From assembly GCA_040752415.1 (NCBI GenBank), contig JBFMGU010000047.1, forward strand, positions 1 to 49,955: 49,955 bases of DNA, in the 5' to 3' direction. The notes under the pieces were generated by a model. That model was not told where the DNA came from and searched no databases. It saw only the letters and a list, made by a program, of their open reading frames with translations. The translations under genes were made by a program, and so were the position numbers. Shown in pieces: positions 29,813 to 39,124 of the stretch (within the stretch, counting starts at the first letter, position 1; each line of letters begins with the position of its first letter). The stretch comes from Myxococcota bacterium. Lineage in GTDB: Bacteria > Myxococcota > JACRCW01.

Positions 29813-30395
29813 GCCCGAGGGAAAGCGGTACTTCATACCGCAGTCCGAAAGGTGCGGCGCGGGGCCCTCTGTTCCGGGGGGCGCACCAGAATCCGTTGCC
29901 GCCTTCCGCGAACGCCAGAGCCTTCGTTGACGCCAGATTCTGGGCGGCCCGACGCAAAGCGGTAATTCTGACCGCACTCCCAAAGGTGCGGCGCGTGGTC
30001 TTCTGTTCCCGGGCCGCACCAGCGTCCACTGACGCCGCCGGCGCGCGCCAAGGTCGTGGTGGCGAAGGGGCACTGGGCTGGGCGCCCGTCGGGGCTGACC
30101 CTGATCCTGGTGCGGCCCCAGAACAGAAGCCCCCGCGCCCCACCGTTGTCACAAAGGCCTTTGGCGTGCGCGGGGGTCACCGGACTCTGGTGCGGCCCCG
30201 GAACCGAAGACCACGCGCCGCACCTTTGGGAGTGCGGTCAGAATTACCGCTTTGCGTCGGGCCGCCCAGAATCTGGCGTCAACGAAGGCTCTGGCGTTCG
30301 CGGACGGCGGCAACGGATTCTGGTGCGCCCCCGGAACAGAGGGCCCCGCGCCGCACCTTTCGGACTGCGGTATGAAGTACCGCTTTCCCTCGGGC
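29813..30395. repeat. 583-bp compound inverted repeat built from REP-like modules (BIME/REPIN-like)
   Basis: Arms 29813-30027 and 30182-30395 (about 4 mismatches and 1 indel). Each arm holds two diverged copies of an AAAGCGGT..ACCGCA.TCC.AAAGGTGCGG..GCACCAG unit. A partial further copy lies in the spacer near 30107. Confidence 0.9.
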
Positions 30396-30413
30396 CCCCC
30401 GGTTCCCCCGACG

Positions 30414-31988
30414 TCACAACGCCTTGAGCTTCTTGAACTCCGGCGTCTCCTTCATGTTCTGGAACTCCGGCGCGGCCAGGTCGGTCTTTTCCAACGCGCC
30501 CGCTTTCTCGAGCGCCTTGAGATACTTCATGGCGTCCTTGGTGTTCCCCTTCAGGGCGTGCGCGCGCGCCAGGTCCAGCTTGAGCAGCATGTCCACGCCG
30601 CGCTCCTTCTCCCGCTCCGTGGGCGTCATCTTCTCGGCGGCGGTGAGGTGCTGGAGCGCGGCATCCGCGTCGCCACGGAGGAGGTACGCGTAGCCCAGGC
30701 GCACGCGCGGCGTGAACCGGTTGGGCGTCTGCTTCACGCTGCGCTCGAGCTGGAGGATGGCCTCGTCGTGCTGGCCGGCGTCCAGGAGCCGCTCGGCGAG
30801 ATTCAGCTGGTAGAACGGCGCATCTCCGCCGGCGAGCCGGAGCGCCGCACGCGCGTGCTCCAGGGCGTCCTGCGGCTGGTCGGTGCGGTAGCTGGCGTAG
30901 GAGAGTCGGTAGCGCAGGTACGGGCTGTTGGGCGCCTGGTTCACCGCCTGCTGGAACGCGAAGCGCGCGGTGGTCCAATTGTCCTTCTGGATCTCCAACT
31001 CGCCTTCCATGCGCAGCACGTCGGGATCACGCGGGCGGGTCTCCTTCACGCGCTTGAAGAGCGAGGAAGCCTCCTCGTACATCGCCTGCTCGAAGTACCA
31101 GCGCACCAGTGCCAACGCGGCGAGACGATCTTCCGGGTGCGCGTCGACGTGGGTCTTCAGCGCAGTGGCTGCCTTCTTGTCCCCCGTGAGGGTCTGCATG
31201 GCGAGCGCCACGCCCTGGCTGAGCGGGGTGGCCTTGTCGGCGGCAGCGTCCTTGCACGCGCTCTTGACGGCGGGCGCCAGTGTGACCTTCCGACCCTTCA
31301 CCGCCGCACGCTCCAGCGCAATGGCCGCCTGCGTGGCGCACGTGACGTAGCCCTTCTGGGCCTTCTCCGTCGACGGAGCGGTCACCGGCGGAAACGGCGG
31401 CGCCGCCAGCTCCGTGCTGAGCGCCTGACCCACCTGGTGCGCGGCGTCGGCGGGGGTGGCGGTGACGGTGATGAGATCCTTGGCGGCGCCTGCCAGCACG
31501 CCGAAGTGACGCAGCTTGTACGTGATGGCGCCGCCCTCGGCGGGCTCGAAGGTTCCGTACAGCACGCTGGTGGCGCCGGAGAGCTGCGCCAGCTTCTTGG
31601 CGGTGGCCTCGTCAATGGGCGCATCCGGTCCAATGCCCATGTCCTCGAGCATCTCGGCTTGCGCGCCCTGGGTGATGACGTTGACCGCCTGGGTCTGCAG
31701 CGCCGCGTGCTCGACGAGCAGGGCCAGCAGCTTCCCGTGGTGGGCCTGCGCGGGCTTCACGCCGGCGGCGGGCGCCATGGGCACCACCGCCAGGTACGGG
31801 AGCGCCTTCTGCGCGGGCGCGGCGGGCTGCTGCTGGGCCGGCTGCGCGGGAGCCGTCGACGACGCCGCGGGAGCGGGAGCCTTGTTCTCCGTCTGTGCGG
31901 GCGCGGGTTGTTGTGCCAGCGCGAGGCTGCCGCTGCCCGCCAGCAGGAAGGGGACGAGGAGGGAGTGGTGGAGGGAAGGGGTGCGCAT
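30414..31988 (-). CDS. Exported tetratricopeptide-repeat protein
   Basis: Signal peptide ending SLALA, Q/P/A linker, several TPR-like helix pairs in the C-terminal half. Confidence 0.8.
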   Translation of the reverse strand: MRTPSLHHSLLVPFLLAGSGSLALAQQPAPAQTENKAPAPAASSTAPAQPAQQQPAAPAQKALPYLAVVPMAPAAGVKPAQAHHGKLLALLVEHAALQTQAVNVITQGAQAEMLEDMGIGPDAPIDEATAKKLAQLSGATSVLYGTFEPAEGGAITYKLRHFGVLAGAAKDLITVTATPADAAHQVGQALSTELAAPPFPPVTAPSTEKAQKGYVTCATQAAIALERAAVKGRKVTLAPAVKSACKDAAADKATPLSQGVALAMQTLTGDKKAATALKTHVDAHPEDRLAALALVRWYFEQAMYEEASSLFKRVKETRPRDPDVLRMEGELEIQKDNWTTARFAFQQAVNQAPNSPYLRYRLSYASYRTDQPQDALEHARAALRLAGGDAPFYQLNLAERLLDAGQHDEAILQLERSVKQTPNRFTPRVRLGYAYLLRGDADAALQHLTAAEKMTPTEREKERGVDMLLKLDLARAHALKGNTKDAMKYLKALEKAGALEKTDLAAPEFQNMKETPEFKKLKAL

Positions 31989-32030
31989 GGGCCGGTTGGT
32001 AGCACGCGGCCGAGGAGGCGCGGAACCCGC

Positions 32031-33092
32031 TCAGGGCACCTTGAGAAGCCGGGTGTTCTCGAGGAGGACGGCCAGGGCCATGAGGAGCAGCGCCGGCCAC
32101 AGCAGGATGGCGTAGATGTCCACCGGCTTGGCGCGACCGCGCGCGTCTTCCAGCTTGCTCTTGTCCATCTGGTCCAGGATCTCGCGGAAGCTCGTCTCCA
32201 GCGCCTCGCGGTCCACCGCCAGGTACATCTGACCGCCGGTGGTGAGGGCAATCTGACGTGCCAGCGGGATGTTCACGGGCAGCTCCACCATCTCGTAGGT
32301 GGGGTTGTTGAACAGGTCATAACCGGTTGGATACGGCACCTTCCCCCCGCGCCCCACGACGATGGTGAACACCTTCACACCCATCTGCTTGGCAATGTCC
32401 GCCGCCTGCTCCGGTGCGATCTGACCGCTGTTGTTGTCGCCGTCGGTCACCAGGATCACCACCTTGCTCTGGGCGGTGGAGTCGCGCAGCCGGTTGAGCG
32501 AGACGGCAAGCCCGTTGCCAATGGCCGTCCCGTCCTCGATCACGCCGGTCTTCAGCTCCTGGATGAGGTTGCGCAGCAGCATGTAGTCCAGCGTGAGCGG
32601 CGCCTGCGTGAACGCGTCCTTGGCAAACACCACCAGTCCAATGCGGTCATTCTTCCGCGACGCAATGAAGTCCCCAATCACCTCCTTGGCGACGAAGAGG
32701 CGGTCCTTGGGCTTGAAGTCCGCGGCGCGCATGCTGGTGGAGAGGTCCAGCGCAATGACGATGTCGATGCCTTCCTGGTCCTGCGGGAGCACCGCGCCTT
32801 CCACCTGCGGTCGCGCCAGCGCCACGGTGAGTAGCACCAGCGCGATGCCGAACATGAGACGCGGCAGGGGCTCCAGGGCCAGCGCGCCGGTGCGGGGAAG
32901 CCCGGCGGCCACGTCGCCACGACTGAACAGCAGGCTGGGACGCGCCTGGGCGGCCAGCATGGAGAACACCAGCGCCACCGCCACGGGGATGAGCACCAAC
33001 AGGGCCCACGGGAACGCCAGCTGCAGCCGGCCCAGCATGCCATTGGCCAGCGGATCACTCAGCGCGCTCCACGCCTCCATCAGTGAGGTCAC
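32031..33092 (-). CDS. BatA-like membrane VWA domain protein
   Basis: AFPWALL N-terminal TM, ALARPQ, MIDAS motif DLSTSM, DRIGLVVF, GTAIG, TDG.NN.G and a C-terminal TM. Confidence 0.9.
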   Translation of the reverse strand: MTSLMEAWSALSDPLANGMLGRLQLAFPWALLVLIPVAVALVFSMLAAQARPSLLFSRGDVAAGLPRTGALALEPLPRLMFGIALVLLTVALARPQVEGAVLPQDQEGIDIVIALDLSTSMRAADFKPKDRLFVAKEVIGDFIASRKNDRIGLVVFAKDAFTQAPLTLDYMLLRNLIQELKTGVIEDGTAIGNGLAVSLNRLRDSTAQSKVVILVTDGDNNSGQIAPEQAADIAKQMGVKVFTIVVGRGGKVPYPTGYDLFNNPTYEMVELPVNIPLARQIALTTGGQMYLAVDREALETSFREILDQMDKSKLEDARGRAKPVDIYAILLWPALLLMALAVLLENTRLLKVP

Positions 33093-34273
33093 GACGTCAC
33101 CTCCGGCTGCGCGGGTTGCACCTTCACCACCGCGTCCGATGCGCCGGCGCCCAGCGGCCGTGTGGTCTCGATGATCTGCACCGACTCATCCAGGATGCGC
33201 GCGCAATCCGCCACGGTGGCGCTGCCCTTCGCGAACTTGATGGCATCCGCGAACGTGAGCAGCTTGCGCACCGCCTCCATGTCCAACCGCCCCAGCCTGC
33301 GCCGCTCCTCGACGAGCGTGGCCTTCACCACCGCCGGCCCCAGCGCGGAGAGCGCCTCGGCGGTGGTCTGCTCCAGCACGGGGACCTGGTAGGCCGCTTC
33401 CAGGTACTCGCGGACAATCTGCACCGCGGTGTCGACGAACTCCTCGCGCTTCCCCGCCTCCAGGAGCCCGCTCTTCTTGAGCGCCTCCAGCTTCTCCAGC
33501 GCAACACGATGCGGCGGGATCACCACCACCGGCACGGCCGCGGTGCGGGTGATCCGGGCGGGACGTTTTCCGTCGAGCCAGCGCACCAGGAGCCAGAGCA
33601 GGCCGTGCAGGATGAGCAGCGGCGGCCACGCCAGGAAGCGCGGGTCCTCCTTCATCAGCGCCACCGGCGGCGCCATGGGAGCCAGCTCCTTCTCGGGCTT
33701 GCCTTCCATCAGTCCCTGCACGGTGACGGGGAGGGCGTCCACGGTGAGCGTTCCCTCGTCGACGCTCAGTCCCGGGATGCGCAGCGTCAGGGATGGCGTC
33801 TCCACCTGGCCCAGCTTGAAGGCCTGCAGCGGGAAGCGGAAGGTCTCCACCACGCCGCCCTTGGCGCCGGGCGTGTCGTCGTTGCGGAGCTGGTGCTGCA
33901 CGGAGCCCGCGGATTCCAGCTTGCCCCAGGTGATGCTCTCGGGGAGCTCCACCTTGTGGCCCGCGGGATGGCGGACCTCCACCACGAAGTTGAACTTGTC
34001 TCCCAGCAGCACGCGGTCCGGATCCACGTACGCGCGTACGGAGACGTCGCCGGGAGGGAAGGGCGGGACCTGCGTGGGCGGCGGGGTTGACGTCGTGCCG
34101 GGCGGAGCGGGCTGGGCCTTGCCGACGGGAGGCGCGGCAGGTGGGGCGGGGCGTGCGGGGGCCGCGGACGGGTCCAGCGGGGGTGGCTCCTCCGCGTGCA
34201 CCACGACGGGCGCAACGCCGCAGAGGACGCTCAGGAGCAGCAGGCCACGGGGCCAGGCTGGGACGCGGGTCAT
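33089..34273 (-). CDS. Bat-associated membrane protein (BatD/DUF4381-like)
   Basis: Signal peptide, Ig-like domain, single TM, then PPHRVALEKL..L, IVREYLE, EQTT.E and AD.IKFAK. Overlaps the VWA gene start. Confidence 0.75.
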   Translation of the reverse strand: MTRVPAWPRGLLLLSVLCGVAPVVVHAEEPPPLDPSAAPARPAPPAAPPVGKAQPAPPGTTSTPPPTQVPPFPPGDVSVRAYVDPDRVLLGDKFNFVVEVRHPAGHKVELPESITWGKLESAGSVQHQLRNDDTPGAKGGVVETFRFPLQAFKLGQVETPSLTLRIPGLSVDEGTLTVDALPVTVQGLMEGKPEKELAPMAPPVALMKEDPRFLAWPPLLILHGLLWLLVRWLDGKRPARITRTAAVPVVVIPPHRVALEKLEALKKSGLLEAGKREEFVDTAVQIVREYLEAAYQVPVLEQTTAEALSALGPAVVKATLVEERRRLGRLDMEAVRKLLTFADAIKFAKGSATVADCARILDESVQIIETTRPLGAGASDAVVKVQPAQPEVTS

Positions 34274-34366
34274 GGCAGCGCACCATTTCCTGCTCGACCC
34301 CTCGCCGGTCAAGCCAATCATGACGTCCGGACGGCTGGCGGGACCGCGGGCCTGACCGTGCTAAGC

Positions 34367-36067
34367 ATGCGGGACATGCGTGTCGTCCCCCTGACCGGGC
34401 TGATCCTGGTGCTCTCCGCGGCTACCGCGCTGGCGGAACAGGGCCCGCCGTCCGTCGAGATCAACCGTACCCCGCTGCCGGTCCAGCCCGGGCCCGGTGA
34501 GACGGAGGACGACGACGAAGCCGAACCCGACCCCACGGACACGGAGGCCGCTCCCGCGCTGCCCCCGCCCGCCGCGCCTCCCCCTGGCGCCGCACCCGTG
34601 GCCCCCGACGCCATTTCCGTCGCCGACGCGCTGGCCTACCTGCAGGACCCCGCCACCCCGCTCAAGGTCCGGCAGGACGCGGTGCGTGCGCTGGCCTTCA
34701 GGGGATCCCGCCGCGGTGATGCCGAGCTGCAGCGGATCCTCGTCGAGGACCCGGATGTCTCGGTGCGCTTCCTCGCGGCGCGGGCGCTGGAGCATCGCAA
34801 GGTGGGCGGACCGGCGCTGGCGCAGGCGCTGCAATCGGACCCTGATCCGCGTGTTCGTCGGGCCGCGGCGCGTGCGCTCGGTCGCATGGGACCCGACGGC
34901 ACCCGGCAGGAAGCCGCGCTGCTCACCGCGCTCGAGGATCCCGCGCCCCACGTCGTGGAGGAGGCGCTGGGGGCGCTGAAGAAGGTGGGATCTCGCGCGT
35001 CGCTGGAGACGCTGACGCCGCTGAAGACCGCCACCGACAAGACCGTGCGCAAGAACGCCCGCACCGCGCACAAGGCCGTCACCAAGCGCGTGCAGGCGCG
35101 GGATGCGGAGCGCGCTCGTCGTGAAACCATGCGCCAGGCAGGCCTGGACCCGCAGGGATCGACGCCGCTCCTGGGTCGGGTGCTCCGCTTTGGTGGCACG
35201 GTGTGGATGACCGCGTTTGGCGCGGCGCTGGGAACCACCGTCGGTGCGCTGTTGCCGCTGGCGTTCGTCGGGCCCATCGGCGTGGCGTTCTGGCCGCTGG
35301 GTGCGGGCGCGGGCTTCTTCGGAGGAGGACTCCTGGGGCTCGGTTACGGCGCGCTCCGACGCTTCGAGTTCCCCCTCACCGACGCGCTCCTCGTCAGCGT
35401 GCACGGCGCCAGCGGGTTCGTGACGGGGCTGGGCATGGGCCTCAGCCTCGGTCGACGAGGACAGCCCGCCTACACCGCCGGTCTCGCGGCGCTGGGCGGT
35501 GGTGCCTCGCTGCTGGCCAGCGCGGGCATCTCGCCGTGGATCCGTGCTCGACCGGCGGCCGTGGCCAGCGCGGCGTCGGGTGGATTCCTGGCGGGGTCGG
35601 CCACGCTGCTTGCCGCTGGCGCACTGGGCTACGACCCGGTGCAGAAGCCCGACGTGGCGCTGGGCCTTGCGTTCATTGGCCAGGGCGTGGGGACGGCGCT
35701 GGGCACCGCGTTGGCCGCGGGTGTTCCCGTCACCTCGCTCGACGTCGTCATGGTGGACCTGGGCGCGGTCAGCGGCGCGGCGCTGGCCACGGCGGGCACG
35801 CTCGGCGCACTGGTGTTCTCACGCGCGTCCATCAACGTGGGGCTCATCAACGGCACGGTGTTGAGCGGGATGGTCCTTGGTGCCGGTGCGGGCGCCCTGC
35901 TCGCCGCCATCCTGCCCGAGACGTTCGAGCGTCGGCTCACCAGCGGTCTGTCCCTCGAGGGCATCCCCGTCACGCTCATGCCAGCCATGCCCACGCCCGA
36001 CGTCAATCCGCAGACCGGGAAGGTCCAGGGCGCCACGGTGCCCATGTTCGCCGGCACGTTCCGCTGA
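34367..36067 (+). CDS. Exported HEAT-repeat protein with a Gly-rich hydrophobic C-terminal region
   Basis: Signal peptide. HEAT repeats VRQDAVRALA, VRFLAARALE, VRRAAARALG and VVEEALGAL. Many GxxxG hydrophobic helices. Ends FAGTFR. Confidence 0.75.
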   Translation: MRDMRVVPLTGLILVLSAATALAEQGPPSVEINRTPLPVQPGPGETEDDDEAEPDPTDTEAAPALPPPAAPPPGAAPVAPDAISVADALAYLQDPATPLKVRQDAVRALAFRGSRRGDAELQRILVEDPDVSVRFLAARALEHRKVGGPALAQALQSDPDPRVRRAAARALGRMGPDGTRQEAALLTALEDPAPHVVEEALGALKKVGSRASLETLTPLKTATDKTVRKNARTAHKAVTKRVQARDAERARRETMRQAGLDPQGSTPLLGRVLRFGGTVWMTAFGAALGTTVGALLPLAFVGPIGVAFWPLGAGAGFFGGGLLGLGYGALRRFEFPLTDALLVSVHGASGFVTGLGMGLSLGRRGQPAYTAGLAALGGGASLLASAGISPWIRARPAAVASAASGGFLAGSATLLAAGALGYDPVQKPDVALGLAFIGQGVGTALGTALAAGVPVTSLDVVMVDLGAVSGAALATAGTLGALVFSRASINVGLINGTVLSGMVLGAGAGALLAAILPETFERRLTSGLSLEGIPVTLMPAMPTPDVNPQTGKVQGATVPMFAGTFR

Positions 36068-36068
36068 T

Positions 36069-37148
36069 TCAGCGCATCGCCTTGGACTGTTCCACCCGGC
36101 GCCAGAACAGCACCGCGGCCACCGCCACCGCCAACGGCGCGCCCATGCCACCCACCCACAACGGAAGCAGCGCGCGACCCGCCAGCTCGTCGCAGGCCAT
36201 CACCACACCCTGCGCCGCGGCCACCGCCACACCGCCCACGAAGAGCAGTCGCTCCACCGCCGCTTCCCGACGCTGACGAGCAGCCAGCGCCACGGCAAGC
36301 GCGCCCAGGAACACCAACATCACGGGGTCCACGAAGCGGCGCACCAGGGCCACCCGGTACGGCGACGCGTCGCGACCACCCGCTTCCCGGTGCCGGATGG
36401 CGCGCTCCAGTCCCGCCACGTCGTACATCTCGGGGTAGCCCATGGGGACGGAGAGCGCGGCGGCGGCGGAAGGCCATTCCATGCGCCGCTTGCGCACGCG
36501 TTCCATGCGCGGCGGGTCCAGCTTGTTGATGACCGCGTCCTCCAGGACGAACGTGTGCTCGTCGAGCGCGGAGATGCGCCGGGCCACCAGCCGCTCCTTG
36601 ATCTGCAGGTTCTCGTCGATGACGGCGCCGGTGACGTGGGCAAACACGTTGTCATCCTGCGGCTGCGCGCGCGCGTAGATGGGACCGGCGCGCACCCACT
36701 CGGAACGCCCGTAGAACGCGTAATAGCGCGGCCCGAACAGCCGGAAGATGTTCGTGGACATCTCCAGCGCCTCCATCGACGTCACCGGACGCACCAGCTC
36801 GGACAACACCACCCGCGCGCCGGCCAGCATGACGCCCAGGGCCAGCACCGCGGGCAGCGCCGTCGTCGCCAGGGACCGACCGCTCGCCGAGAGCGCCGCC
36901 ATCTCCGCCCGACGGTTCAACGCGCCCAGGCCCGCCAACGTCCCCAGCACCAGGCCCGGGTTCATCAGCTCCATCATCACGTCGGGGGCGCGCAGCAGGT
37001 AGAAGAAGATCACCTGCGGGAACGTGCCGTGCGCCAGCCAGCGGGCCGTCTCCATCCCGTCCAGGAGCGAGAAGAGCAGCCAGCCCACCAGGATGACGAA
37101 CAGCGTCGGCGGCCAGAGGTGCGAGAAGATGTAGCGTGACGCGCGCAT
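36069..37148 (-). CDS. lptG: LptF/LptG family LPS export permease (LptG-like)
   Basis: RYI N-terminus, 3 TM, LNRRAEMAALSASG.S, periplasmic beta domain, 3 C-terminal TM. Second gene of the pair. Confidence 0.75.
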   Translation of the reverse strand: MRASRYIFSHLWPPTLFVILVGWLLFSLLDGMETARWLAHGTFPQVIFFYLLRAPDVMMELMNPGLVLGTLAGLGALNRRAEMAALSASGRSLATTALPAVLALGVMLAGARVVLSELVRPVTSMEALEMSTNIFRLFGPRYYAFYGRSEWVRAGPIYARAQPQDDNVFAHVTGAVIDENLQIKERLVARRISALDEHTFVLEDAVINKLDPPRMERVRKRRMEWPSAAAALSVPMGYPEMYDVAGLERAIRHREAGGRDASPYRVALVRRFVDPVMLVFLGALAVALAARQRREAAVERLLFVGGVAVAAAQGVVMACDELAGRALLPLWVGGMGAPLAVAVAAVLFWRRVEQSKAMR

Positions 37149-37157
37149 TCTCTCTCC

Positions 37158-38264
37158 TCACGCGCCCATGCGCGACCGCGCACGCCACAGCCACGTCAAC
37201 GCCGCCACCGCGGCCAGGTTGCCCACGTTGGCGCCCAGCCACGCCGGGATCACGCCCTGCAACGCCAGGTTCCGACCAAACGCCAGCAGCCCGAAGTACG
37301 CCGCCACCGCCAACGCCGCCGTGAGATACGCCCGCGCCCGCGCCTGGCTGCCACGCTGACCGCCGCCCATGGCGCCAATGAGGCAGAGCAGCGGCATGCC
37401 GAATGGCAGGAAGAGCTTCTGCCAGAGGTGGAAGGTGAGCTTGTCGCGTGCGTGTCCGGGCGGGCCCACCTCCGCCTGCTCGACGAGACGACCCAGCTCC
37501 CAGCTCTGGAAGTCGTAGAGGCTCATGGTCTGGCTGCCCACCCAGCTCGCCACGTCGACGGTCACCGTGGCCTCCTCGAAGCGCATGATGGTGACGTCGC
37601 GCGGGTCGGCGGAGGGCAGCATGACCTGTCCGTTCGTCGTGGTCAGGTCCAACAAGCCCACGCCGGCCGGCTTCACCCGCGCTTCCTTGGCGGCCAGCAC
37701 CATGGGCCCCGTGGCGAGGTCGCGGCCCAGCACCATGTCGCTCCAGATGGCGTTGCCGCGGTCATCCACGCGCGCGCGGCCAATGTAGATGCTCGCGATT
37801 CCGCCCACGTTGTTGAACGTGCCCGGTCGCAGCGTGCGCGAGAATGACCGCGTGGCCAGCAGCGCCACGTCCTGCGAATACTTGGCCGCGCCCCACGGCT
37901 CGCCCCACACGCCGGCGCACAACACCACCAGTCCCAGCACGGTGCCGGAGAGATACGCGGGTCGCAGCACGCGCCACGGCGGCACGCCACCGGCGGCCAT
38001 GGCGGCCAGCTCGCCGTCCTCGGCCAGTCGGTCATACGCCAGCACGCAGCCGAAGATCCCCGCCGCGCCCAGCGCCAACCCCGCGAAGCCGGGGGCCAGG
38101 TCGGCAATCAGCGCCGCCAGCAGGCCCACGTCGCGGAGGCTGAGCAGGACCATGTCGCTGATGCGCCCCAGCTGCCACAGGGACACGACGACACTGACCA
38201 CCAGGATGATGGCCAACAGCGGCAGGGAAACGCGCCGCATCAGGTAGCGGTCAGCAACGCCCAA
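37158..38264 (-). CDS. lptF: LptF/LptG family LPS export permease (LptF-like)
   Basis: DRYL, RLAEDGELAAMAAGGV, LRPGTFN, QKLFLP and IPAWLG. Confidence 0.8.
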   Translation of the reverse strand: MGVADRYLMRRVSLPLLAIILVVSVVVSLWQLGRISDMVLLSLRDVGLLAALIADLAPGFAGLALGAAGIFGCVLAYDRLAEDGELAAMAAGGVPPWRVLRPAYLSGTVLGLVVLCAGVWGEPWGAAKYSQDVALLATRSFSRTLRPGTFNNVGGIASIYIGRARVDDRGNAIWSDMVLGRDLATGPMVLAAKEARVKPAGVGLLDLTTTNGQVMLPSADPRDVTIMRFEEATVTVDVASWVGSQTMSLYDFQSWELGRLVEQAEVGPPGHARDKLTFHLWQKLFLPFGMPLLCLIGAMGGGQRGSQARARAYLTAALAVAAYFGLLAFGRNLALQGVIPAWLGANVGNLAAVAALTWLWRARSRMGA

Positions 38265-38359
38265 GACGACGCGGGCTTAGCGCAGGGTTCGTTCCCCCGC
38301 CAAACGGACTTGCCACGGCGCATCGGGGCCCGTACCTCCCGGCGCCGGAGAGCTGCAGC

Positions 38360-39124
38360 ATGAGCCCACAGACCGTGCACCTGGCCCAGATGACCTACCC
38401 GGAGGCGGCGGAGCTGTACGCGCGTCGACCCATAGCGTTGTGGCCGGTGGGCAGCACGGAGCCGCACGGGCCGCACCTGGCGTTGCGGACGGACGTCGTG
38501 ATCGCCGAGGGGATGGCCCAGCACGCCGCCACGCGACTCCTCCAGCGTGAGCTCCCGGTGATGATCCTGCCCTCGCTGCCCTTCGGCGTGACGGAGTTCG
38601 GCCGCGACTTCGCCGGTGCGCTCTCGGTCCCGGCCGCGGCGCTGGTGGAGATGATCGTGGGCGTGGCCACGTGCCTCAAACGCGACGGAGCCCGCGCCCT
38701 GGTCCTGTGCAACGCGCACCTGGAGCCCGGTCACCTGCAGGCCCTGCGCGACGCCGCGCGCGCCGCCACCGAGCGCACCGGCCTGCCCACGTGTTTCCCG
38801 GACAAGACCAGCAGGCCCATCGCGCGGTCGCTCTCGGCGGAGTTCAAGAGCGGCGCGTGTCACGCGGGTCAGTACGAGACGTCGCTGGTGCTGGCGCAGG
38901 AGCCCACGTCGGTGCGGAGCGAGCTCGCGAGCGGTCTGCCGCCGGTGGAGATCTCGCTGAGCAAGGCGATCCTGGGCGGGAAGACCTCGTTCAAGGAGGC
39001 TGGTGGTGAGCGCGCGTACTTCGGCTTTCCCGCGCAGGCCACGGCGGGGGAGGGCGAGGCGCTGTATGCCACGCTCGCGGATCACGTCGTGCGGGAGACG
39101 TTGGAGCTGCTGGGCTCAGGCTGA
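38360..39124 (+). CDS. Creatininase / creatinine amidohydrolase family
   Basis: PVGSTEPHGPHL..TD, NAH and HAGQYETS. Confidence 0.88.
   Translation: MSPQTVHLAQMTYPEAAELYARRPIALWPVGSTEPHGPHLALRTDVVIAEGMAQHAATRLLQRELPVMILPSLPFGVTEFGRDFAGALSVPAAALVEMIVGVATCLKRDGARALVLCNAHLEPGHLQALRDAARAATERTGLPTCFPDKTSRPIARSLSAEFKSGACHAGQYETSLVLAQEPTSVRSELASGLPPVEISLSKAILGGKTSFKEAGGERAYFGFPAQATAGEGEALYATLADHVVRETLELLGSG

Noticed and set aside
29813..30395. CRISPR array interpretation of the repeated units
   Set aside because: Units are long, diverged and inverted, with no regular repeat-spacer period and no cas genes.
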